Shown: positions 56,436 to 64,000 of the stretch, piece after piece | How positions within the stretch are numbered: position 1 is the stretch's first letter | Layout of the letters: every line of letters starts with the position of its first letter | Source of the DNA: Alphaproteobacteria bacterium | GTDB lineage: Bacteria > Pseudomonadota > Alphaproteobacteria > GCA-2731375 | Direction of reading: 5' to 3' | Assembly (NCBI GenBank): GCA_030752605.1 | Contig: JASMDX010000075.1 | Location: 17,086 to 81,085 of the forward strand | Length of the DNA: 64,000 bases | Position numbers and translations under genes: made by a program | The notes under the pieces: model-generated | The model's input: only the letters and a program-made list of their open reading frames with translations | The model's database searches: none | Told to the model about the DNA's origin: nothing

Positions 56436-57488
56436 CTACTTAGCCTTCCAGGCGGTCCAACGCTCGAAGATCTCATCGGAATTATCGAGCCAGAATTCCA
56501 CCGAATCCTGGCGACCCGTATCCAAGGCATCGGCGATATTCGCACCCGCCGGCAGGGCAGCCGCGACGTCAGGCTTGATATATTTCAATGCCGCCTTGAC
56601 CGGCTGACCATAGGTATAGTCATTGGTGAAAGCCGCCTCACGTTTTGGATCGGAAAAAAACTGCAGATACTCATACGCCGTATCCACGTGTTTCGAGCCT
56701 TTGAAAATGACCCATTTATCCACGTACAAAATGTTGTTCTGCCAGATCATTTTCAGGCCGTGGCCGTCCTTGTTGGCCTTGGAAATGCGGCCGTTGTAGG
56801 CTGTGGACATCACGACGTCGCCGCTGATCAGCCATTCCGGCGCCTGGGCGCCCGCTTCCCACCACTGGATGTTGCTTTTGATCGAATCCAGCTTGGCGAA
56901 GGCGCGATCCAGGCCGGCCTTGGTGCTCATTACCTTGTAGACATCCTTGACATCGACGCCGTCGGCCATCAGGGCGAATTCCAGTGTGCCCTTGGGATCA
57001 CTGCGGACACCGCGCTTGCCGGGGATCTTTTTCAGATCAAAAAAATCGGCGATCGAAGTCGGCTCAGCCTTGGTATTTTTCGGGTTATAGCCAACCAGTT
57101 GCGAAACCGTCGCGACGCCCAGGCCGCATTCCGTGACGGCTGGGCCGATATAATTGTCCTTTGGCCCGATGCGGGACCAATCCAGCTTCACGAACAGGCC
57201 CTCCTCGCAACCACGGATCAGCTCCGAGGTTTCGATCTGCACCACATCCCATGGGCGGTTGCCGGTTTCCTGCATGGCCTTGAACTGGGCCCAGCCACCA
57301 AGATAGGTGTCTTCCAGAACCTTGATGCCCTTGGAATCGCCAAACGGTTTGAAGAAATTCTTGCGTTGGGAATCCTGATAACCTCCACCCCACGATGCGA
57401 TGGTGAAATCCCGCGCAATAGCCGTGCCCGCCAGCGCCACGACGCCCAGCGTTACCGCCGCCGCCGCCACATATTTTCGAAAAATCAT
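56436..57488 (-). CDS. ABC substrate-binding protein, PotD/PotF-like
   Basis: Signal peptide ending AIA, SWGGGYQ, WDVV, LEFALMADGV, AYNGR. Confidence 0.9.
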   Translation of the reverse strand: MIFRKYVAAAAVTLGVVALAGTAIARDFTIASWGGGYQDSQRKNFFKPFGDSKGIKVLEDTYLGGWAQFKAMQETGNRPWDVVQIETSELIRGCEEGLFVKLDWSRIGPKDNYIGPAVTECGLGVATVSQLVGYNPKNTKAEPTSIADFFDLKKIPGKRGVRSDPKGTLEFALMADGVDVKDVYKVMSTKAGLDRAFAKLDSIKSNIQWWEAGAQAPEWLISGDVVMSTAYNGRISKANKDGHGLKMIWQNNILYVDKWVIFKGSKHVDTAYEYLQFFSDPKREAAFTNDYTYGQPVKAALKYIKPDVAAALPAGANIADALDTGRQDSVEFWLDNSDEIFERWTAWKAK

Positions 57489-57592
57489 CACTTGCCCCTT
57501 TCTCCCGTTGTCCACGAACACACTAAATGGTTCATGTCAGTTTTTGGTTCTTTATGGAAAATATTGTAACACTGCCCGAAAGAGTGCGTAAA

Positions 57593-58726
57593 ATGAATCC
57601 TGTCAGCAACCAATTCGCGGCGGTGGAGCAAGTGCGGGAAAATTCAGAAGGCGTCGTCTCGTTTGTTGGTGTGGAAAAGACCTATGATGGTGATACCAAT
57701 GTGGTCAAGGGCCTGGATCTGACCATCTGCAAAGGCGAATTCCTAACCTTGCTTGGCCCGTCCGGCTCGGGCAAAACCACGACCCTGATGATGCTGGCCG
57801 GTTTCGAGGAGCCGACGGCGGGGGAGATTCTACTTCGTGGTAACTCACTTGCCCACGTGCCGCCATATCGCCGCAACATGGGCATTGTGTTTCAGAATTA
57901 TGCCTTGTTCCCTCATAAAAGTGTGCGCGAAAATGTCGCCTATCCATTGCGGCAACGACGCCTGCCCAAGGCGGAAATAGGTGAGCGGACCTTGCGGGCC
58001 CTGCGGATGGTCGAGCTTGAGCATCTGGCGGATCGCCGCCCAGCCCAGCTTTCGGGCGGTCAGCAGCAGCGCGTCGCGCTGGCCAGGGCCCTGGTGTTCG
58101 AGCCCGAACTAGTCCTGATGGACGAACCCCTGGGTGCTCTGGACAAGAATTTGCGGGAACAGATGCAGATCGAGATCAAGCATTTGCACGAGGCGTTTGG
58201 CATGACCGTGGTCTATGTCACCCATGACCAACGGGAGGCGTTGACCATGTCCGATCGGGTGGCAGTTTTTAACGATGGCATCGTGCAGCAAATTGATGAT
58301 CCGCACACGATCTACGAATATCCCAGCAATTCCTTCGTCGCCAACTTTATCGGCGAAAACAATAATCTTGACGGGCGCATCACCAAACGGCTGGGTGACG
58401 AATGCGAGGTCACCCTGGACAGTGGCGAACAGGTCACGGCGCAGGCGGTCAATGTCGGCGGTGAAGGCAGCACGACGTCGCTGTCAATTCGGCCGGAACG
58501 TCTGCATCTCAATATCAATGGCCGCGGCATGGTCAACCGGGTGCAGGGCACGGTTATGGAGATTATTTATGGTGGCGATCATTCCATGATCCGCATCGCA
58601 CGAAATGGTGGCGGGGAGTTGATGGCCAAGGCCGTCGCGGCGGAGGCGGAGCGCATTCATTTGGGCGACAGCTTGGAGGCCGGCTGGGACACCGCCCATT
58701 GCCGCGCCCTGGACCCGATGGAATGA
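57593..58726 (+). CDS. ABC ATP-binding protein, PotA-like
   Basis: GPSGSGKTT, FQNYALFPH, LSGGQQQR, MDEPLGALD, C-terminal TOBE. Start uncertain. Confidence 0.92.
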   Translation: MNPVSNQFAAVEQVRENSEGVVSFVGVEKTYDGDTNVVKGLDLTICKGEFLTLLGPSGSGKTTTLMMLAGFEEPTAGEILLRGNSLAHVPPYRRNMGIVFQNYALFPHKSVRENVAYPLRQRRLPKAEIGERTLRALRMVELEHLADRRPAQLSGGQQQRVALARALVFEPELVLMDEPLGALDKNLREQMQIEIKHLHEAFGMTVVYVTHDQREALTMSDRVAVFNDGIVQQIDDPHTIYEYPSNSFVANFIGENNNLDGRITKRLGDECEVTLDSGEQVTAQAVNVGGEGSTTSLSIRPERLHLNINGRGMVNRVQGTVMEIIYGGDHSMIRIARNGGGELMAKAVAAEAERIHLGDSLEAGWDTAHCRALDPME

Positions 58727-58768
58727 TGAAGACCACGCCCGCGCCACGAGCAAATTCGGAGACAAGAA

Positions 58769-60172
58769 ATGAACCAACCGGCACCTGATCCCACCTACAT
58801 GACCGTGCATGCCCTGTCTGCCGCCATTGCCGATGGCAGCCTGACCTCCGCCGGCATAGTCGAATGCTGTTTGCAGCGGATCGCCGCGCTTGATGAAAAG
58901 CTGCATGCCTTTGTCACCGTCTATGCGGATGAGGCGCGCCTGGCGGCCAAGGCCGCCGACCAGGCTATCCAATCCGGCCATTCCCTCGGCCCCTTGCATG
59001 GTATCCCCATCGCCCTGAAGGACATCATCGATATGGAGGGGCGGATCACCACCGGCGGCAGCCAGGTCTGGCGCCAACGTATCTCGCCGACCACGGCGAC
59101 GGTGGCGCAACGGCTGATCGGCGCCGGTATGATCGTTATCGGCAAGACCCATTCGGTGGAATTCGCCATGGGTGGCTGGGGCACCAACACCCACATGGGC
59201 ACGCCGTGGAACCCCTGGGATTTGGACACACACCGCACGCCCGGCGGCTCTTCGTCGGGCTCCGGCGTTGCCGTGGCCGCCGGTATGGTGCCCGCCGCCA
59301 TTGGCACCGATACGGGCGGCTCGGTACGCCTGCCGGCTTCGTACTGTGGTCTGGCCGGGCTCAAGACCACCGTGGGCCGGGTCAGCCTGCATGGTATCCT
59401 GCCGCTCAGCACCACCCTGGATACACCGGGGCCCATGACGCGTTCGGTCGAGGATGCGGCGATGATCTATGACACCATTCAGGGCCACGATCCGCTGTGG
59501 CCGCCAACCCTGGCCCATACGGCGCAAAGCCCATTCGCGACAATGCGCCGTGGCGTGCAGGGCTTGCGCCTGGCCGCGGTCTCCGGTGCCGAACGCTCGG
59601 GCGTCGATGGCCCAACCCTGGCCGCTTTCGACGCCGCACAGGAGACGTTGCATGGACTGGGCGCCACGATCACGGAGATCGAGATGCCGCGTCCCTTCAC
59701 GGACTTCGCCGCCATAGCTGGGCGCATCATCGGTGCGGAAGGCTATCGTTTCGTTGGCAAATTGGCGGATGACGACGAATTGCCCATCGATCCCAATGTG
59801 CGCCCGCGTATTGCCCTGGGCCGGGATATCAAGGCCCACGAATACCTCGACGCCCTGGCCGAGAAGGAAGCCGTCAAGGCGGAATTCGCTGAGATCATGC
59901 TGGATTTCGATGCCCTGTTGCTGCCCAGCACTGAAACCCCGGCGATTCCCGTGGTGGAGGCGGACGAAGGCGGTACGCCGGCGCGCTTTACCCGCGCCGG
60001 CAATTGCCTGGATCTCTGCGCCCTGTCCCTGCCCAACGGGATGTCACCGGATGGCTTGCCAACATCTCTGCAAATCGCCTGTGCCGGCCATGACGAGGCC
60101 ACGGCCCTGCGCGTCGGCTGGGCCTATGAACAGGCCACGGACTGGCACACCCGGCATCCGGATCTAGGCTGA
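58769..60172 (+). CDS. Amidase signature family enzyme
   Basis: GPLHGIPIALKD, PGGSSSGS, GTDTGGSVRLPA. Confidence 0.92.
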   Translation: MNQPAPDPTYMTVHALSAAIADGSLTSAGIVECCLQRIAALDEKLHAFVTVYADEARLAAKAADQAIQSGHSLGPLHGIPIALKDIIDMEGRITTGGSQVWRQRISPTTATVAQRLIGAGMIVIGKTHSVEFAMGGWGTNTHMGTPWNPWDLDTHRTPGGSSSGSGVAVAAGMVPAAIGTDTGGSVRLPASYCGLAGLKTTVGRVSLHGILPLSTTLDTPGPMTRSVEDAAMIYDTIQGHDPLWPPTLAHTAQSPFATMRRGVQGLRLAAVSGAERSGVDGPTLAAFDAAQETLHGLGATITEIEMPRPFTDFAAIAGRIIGAEGYRFVGKLADDDELPIDPNVRPRIALGRDIKAHEYLDALAEKEAVKAEFAEIMLDFDALLLPSTETPAIPVVEADEGGTPARFTRAGNCLDLCALSLPNGMSPDGLPTSLQIACAGHDEATALRVGWAYEQATDWHTRHPDLG

Positions 60173-60186
60173 TATGTGCATCACGT

Positions 60187-60351
60187 CTTGGCAAACCCAG
60201 TGGCGGGGAAATCGCGGCGGCGGCATTGGATGCGGGTCTGCTGCTAAATGCGCCACGCCCCGATAGCTTGCGGTTCATGCCCGCCCTTAACGTCCGCCAT
60301 GGGGAGATCGAACAAATGCTGGAAATCCTGCATGACGTAATGGCGAAATGA
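60187..60351 (+). pseudogene. argD: 3' remnant of acetylornithine aminotransferase-like gene
   Basis: Hand translation LGKPSGGEIAAAALDAGLLLNAPRPDSLRFMPALNVRHGEIEQMLEILHDVMAK* matches the class III aminotransferase C-terminus. No upstream part is present. Confidence 0.7.
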
Positions 60352-60415
60352 TCAATTGCAGGCCCGCCGAATTGGGCCGAAAATGGCGGCGCCCGAAATT
60401 TATTGAGACGCAGAC

Positions 60416-61504
60416 ATGTCCATGCGCCTGCAAATTCTGATTGTTACCTTGTTGGCCGCCATATTGGCGGTCGGCTGGTGGTCGTTCGACATTTGGGGCG
60501 GTGGCGGTGCGGTGGCGAAAAAGGCCAAACGGTCCGGCACTACATTGGTGCTGGTGGAAAAGGCTGTGCTGACCGACGACCATATTTCGCTAACCCTGGT
60601 GGGCACGGGCAAGGCCATCCGCTCCGCCCAGCTATACCCTGCGGTAGCGGGCGAGGTGCGCCAGATCACCTTCAGGGCGGAGCAGCGCGTCAAGAAGGGC
60701 CAGGCACTAATCCGCCTGGATGACAAGCATCAACGCCTGAAGGTTCGTTTGATGGAGGTTGCCACCGCCGAGGCCCGGCGCCAGCTGCGACGCATGCAAA
60801 AGCTAACGCCGTCGGGCTATGCCGCCCGAACCCGCCTGGATACGGCGCAGACACAGCTGGATCTGGCCCAATTGCGTTTGGAGCAGGCCAATGCCGAGTT
60901 GCATGACCGCACCATTCACGCGCCATTCGCCGGCGTGGTGGGTATGACCGATCTGAACCGGGGTGATCGGGTCACGGCGGACACCATGGCGGTGACCTTG
61001 GATGACCGCTCCGCCATCCTGGTGGAGTTTACCGTGCCGGAAGCTCACGCGGGACGAATTAGTGTGGGTGATACGATCACGGTCAGGCCCTGGTCGACGC
61101 CCGAAACAGCGATCGAGGGCAAGATTGCGGCCCTGGGCAGCCGTATCGACCGGACCACGCGTTCGCTACGGGTGCAGGCCAGAATAGAAAATCCCAATGA
61201 CCGTCTCCGTCCTGGCGGCTCGTTCCAGGTACTGCTGGCCTTTAAGGGCGGGGCCTATCCCATTGTCCGCGAGGTCGCCGTGTTGTGGAGCCGGGATGGC
61301 GCCTATCTATGGCGGATCGCGGGTGGCAGGGCGGAAAAGGTCCATGTCCGCCTGGTCCGGCGCGACAAGGGGCGGGTGCTGGTCGATGGACCCTTACGGC
61401 CAGGCGATCTGATTGTCGTGGAAGGCGTCCAGGGCCTGCGTCTGGGGCAAAAGGTGAAGACCGCGCCATTCAGGGCTGGCGCGGCCAAGGCCGGAACGTC
61501 GTAA
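60416..61504 (+). CDS. RND efflux periplasmic adaptor (MFP) subunit
   Basis: N-terminal anchor, GEV..I.F...QRVKKGQ.L..LD, APFAGVVG, RIDRTTRSL, LRPG. Confidence 0.9.
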   Translation: MSMRLQILIVTLLAAILAVGWWSFDIWGGGGAVAKKAKRSGTTLVLVEKAVLTDDHISLTLVGTGKAIRSAQLYPAVAGEVRQITFRAEQRVKKGQALIRLDDKHQRLKVRLMEVATAEARRQLRRMQKLTPSGYAARTRLDTAQTQLDLAQLRLEQANAELHDRTIHAPFAGVVGMTDLNRGDRVTADTMAVTLDDRSAILVEFTVPEAHAGRISVGDTITVRPWSTPETAIEGKIAALGSRIDRTTRSLRVQARIENPNDRLRPGGSFQVLLAFKGGAYPIVREVAVLWSRDGAYLWRIAGGRAEKVHVRLVRRDKGRVLVDGPLRPGDLIVVEGVQGLRLGQKVKTAPFRAGAAKAGTS

Positions 61505-64000
61505 TGATTGGGCTCGGCGATTTGCCTTCCCTGGCCGTGCGCCGGCCAACGCTGATTGTCGTCGTGAACCTATTGATCATCGTCGCTGGCCTCGGTGCCC
61601 TGTTGGGGGTGGAGGTGCGCGAGCTGCCGGATGTTGACCGCCCCTGGGTTAGCGTCCGCGCCTTTTTCGAAGGCGCCTCGCCTGAAACCATGGATGCGGA
61701 GGTGACCTCAGTTATTGAAAGCGCAGTGGCGCGGGTTGCCGGGGTCAAAATTATCGCCTCGGCCTCGGAAGAGGACAATGCGCGTATTTTTGCGCAGTTT
61801 GGCGCCAATGTTGATATTGACGTCGCTGCCAACGATGTGCGCGAGGCCGTTGCCGGGGTCGAACGGCGCCTACCCGAGGGCGTGGAAGATATAGTCGTGG
61901 TCAAGGCGGACAGTAACGCCCGTCCCATCATCCGTCTGGCCCTCACGTCGGAGCATCTTTCGCAAGAGGCATTGACCGAGCTGGCCGAGGATGACGTCAA
62001 GCCGGAACTGGCGGCGATTGACGGCGTTGCTATCGTCAATCTGTTCGGTGATCGCAAACGGGTGTTGCGCGTGGTGGTCGATCCCATGCGCCTGGCCAGT
62101 TATCACCTGTCCATCAGCGATGTCGCAAAGGTATTGGAAAGCACGGACATGGATGTGCCGGCGGGCAGCTTCAAATCGGACGACCAGATGTTGCTGGTCC
62201 GCGCCGATGCCTCCCTGTGGCGGCCGGGAGATGTGGAGCGCCTGGCCATTAACGACCACGTTCGCCTGGGCGATGTCGCCCGCGCCATTTACGGCCCGGC
62301 GGAGGCGTTGAGCCATACCTTATTGAACGGCCGCAAGGTTATAGGCATGGCCCTGATCCGCAAGGCCAAGTCCAACACTATCGCCATTTCCAATGGAGTT
62401 GACCGCGCCGTCACGCGTCTGAATAAACGCCTGAAGGGCGCCGAGGTTATTAAGATCTCGGACGATGCCCGCTTTATCCGCGGCTCGATCCGCGAAGTGG
62501 TCTACAGCTTGGGCATCGCCACCCTGGTGGTGATTGCGGTGATATATACCTTCATGACCGCCGTGCGCCCCACCTTGATTCCCGCCGTGGCCATCCCCAT
62601 CGCTTTGGCCGGAACCATCGCGGTGATCTGGCTGTTGGGTTTTTCCATCAATATTCTGACCTTGTTGGCCTTGGTGCTGGCGACGGGCATGATCGTCGAT
62701 GACGCCATTGTGGTAGTGGAGAATATTCAGCGCCAACGCAGTCTGGGCAAGGGGCCTCTGGCCGCCGCCGTGCTGGGCACGCGGCAAGTGTTTTTCGCGG
62801 TGCTGGCGACCACGGCGACCTTGATCTCGGTCTTTCTGCCCATCGCCTTTCTGCCCAGCGTGGCCGGCAAGCTGTTCAGCGAATTCGGTTTTGTCCTGGC
62901 CATCGCCGTGGCCATATCCTCCTTTGTCGCCCTGACCCTCTGCCCCATGCTGGCGGCGCGTCTGCCTGCCGATTGGGGTGCCGTGAAGTCTAGCGCGCCC
63001 GGCCCCTTGGCTCGTTTTGGCGGTGCCATGACGGCGGGCTATCAACGTCTGCTAGATTTCACTCTTGGTGCGCCGGTGCTGGTTCTGGGCTGTGCGGTAT
63101 TTTTGGCGGCCGGTGCCGTGGCTCTTTATCCCACCATTGATCGGGAGCTGCTGCCGAAGGAAGACCGGGGCGCCATCGTCATCTATATGCAGGGTCCCGA
63201 CGGCGTTGGCCTTGACTACATGGACCGCCAATCGGCCCAGGCCGAGGCCATATTGCAGCCGTTGCACGAGAATGGAGAGGTCAGCAATATCCTCGCCATC
63301 GTTGGACGTTGGGATCTTAACCGGGTTTTTCTGATGGCGCCGCTCACGCCCTGGTCCGAGCGGACACGCAGCCAGAACGATATCGCCAAGACGCTGCGTG
63401 GGCCGCTGAAGGCAATTCCAGGTGCCACGGCGCGAGTTAGCCAGCCCAACAGTTTGAACCTGCGCCGCTCCGGCGGGCGATTGGAATTCACCTTGACGGG
63501 GGGGAACTACAAGAATATCGCCGCCGCCGCCGACGCTTTTTTGGTGGCCATGCACGAACGCATCCCAAATCTGGAAGACCCGGAGATCGAATACCAACAG
63601 ACCCAGCCGCAGCTGTCGGTAAAGGTGGACCGAGCCCGAGCAGAGGATCTGGGTGTCGAGGTGGAGGGCATCGCCGATACCTTGAGGGCCATGGTCGATG
63701 GCCTGAAGGTGGCGGAACTTAACGTCAACGACCGCACCATTCCGGTGCGCATTGAATCCGCCGCCGGCGCCATCAATGATCCCTCTGATCTAAGCAATCT
63801 GTTCGTGCCCACGGCCAGCGGCGATCTGGTGCCACTCTCTGCCTTCATCTCGTTGGAAGAGGTCGGCGTGGCCGCCGAACTGGACCGGGCCGGGCAAAGT
63901 CGCGCCATCGAGATCGATGCGCCTCTGACACCTGGTTACACCTTGCCTGAGGCGATGGCGGATGTGGAGGCCCTGGCCGACGAAATCCTTCCCCCTGGCA
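61504..64000 (+). CDS. RND efflux permease (AcrB/AcrD/AcrF family), 3' end off the window
   Basis: Hand translation MIGLGDLPSLAVRRP...VRELPDVDRP...GFSINILTLLALVLATGMIVDDAIVVVENI...ALTLCPML. The ATG overlaps the MFP stop. Confidence 0.92.
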   Translation, partial: MIGLGDLPSLAVRRPTLIVVVNLLIIVAGLGALLGVEVRELPDVDRPWVSVRAFFEGASPETMDAEVTSVIESAVARVAGVKIIASASEEDNARIFAQFGANVDIDVAANDVREAVAGVERRLPEGVEDIVVVKADSNARPIIRLALTSEHLSQEALTELAEDDVKPELAAIDGVAIVNLFGDRKRVLRVVVDPMRLASYHLSISDVAKVLESTDMDVPAGSFKSDDQMLLVRADASLWRPGDVERLAINDHVRLGDVARAIYGPAEALSHTLLNGRKVIGMALIRKAKSNTIAISNGVDRAVTRLNKRLKGAEVIKISDDARFIRGSIREVVYSLGIATLVVIAVIYTFMTAVRPTLIPAVAIPIALAGTIAVIWLLGFSINILTLLALVLATGMIVDDAIVVVENIQRQRSLGKGPLAAAVLGTRQVFFAVLATTATLISVFLPIAFLPSVAGKLFSEFGFVLAIAVAISSFVALTLCPMLAARLPADWGAVKSSAPGPLARFGGAMTAGYQRLLDFTLGAPVLVLGCAVFLAAGAVALYPTIDRELLPKEDRGAIVIYMQGPDGVGLDYMDRQSAQAEAILQPLHENGEVSNILAIVGRWDLNRVFLMAPLTPWSERTRSQNDIAKTLRGPLKAIPGATARVSQPNSLNLRRSGGRLEFTLTGGNYKNIAAAADAFLVAMHERIPNLEDPEIEYQQTQPQLSVKVDRARAEDLGVEVEGIADTLRAMVDGLKVAELNVNDRTIPVRIESAAGAINDPSDLSNLFVPTASGDLVPLSAFISLEEVGVAAELDRAGQSRAIEIDAPLTPGYTLPEAMADVEALADEILPPG

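Noticed and set aside
58769-60172. gatA assignment for the amidase
   Set aside because: No gatC or gatB nearby and the context is catabolic.
1-64000. CRISPR arrays, IS elements, integrases, prophage, defence systems, tRNA/rRNA, riboswitches
   Set aside because: No repeat-spacer periodicity, transposase or integrase motifs, or recognisable structured-RNA signatures were seen by eye; a covariance-model scan was not possible.

Overview
GC-rich bacterial chromosomal window, most likely an alphaproteobacterium (pckA-chvI-chvG neighbourhood, IalB, ubiTUV). It is densely coding, with about 57 genes, and both ends cut a gene: a CoA-transferase III on the left and an RND permease on the right. Recognisable parts are gloA, a PiT phosphate transporter, pckA, a MATE pump, chvI/chvG, an O2-independent ubiquinone cluster (ubiT-ubiU-ubiV-ubiD), a COG0523 GTPase, a Pot-type ABC transporter and an RND pump. 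The rest is mostly accessory catabolic genes. I saw no tRNA, rRNA, CRISPR array, IS or phage genes. The best candidate for an uncharacterised system is a tightly coupled 7-gene minus-strand run at 20678-29956 (MetX-like hydrolase, amidase, AtzH/HpxZ-like protein, hydantoinase/oxoprolinase A and B, ThDP enzyme, D-amino-acid dehydrogenase). It reads like a pathway that opens and strips an N-heterocycle or cyclic ureide without a cyanuric-acid hydrolase. Other notable signals: a frameshifted RraA-family gene, an argD 3' remnant, a desaturase with a damaged His box whose start codon overlaps that of a divergent gene, an actinobacterial-type thymidylate kinase, a PreA-like enzyme with no PreT, a heteromeric acyl-CoA dehydrogenase pair fused into an aminotransferase operon, and a lower-GC orphan islet. 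All family calls come from motifs recognised by eye, not database searches, and several start codons are my estimates.
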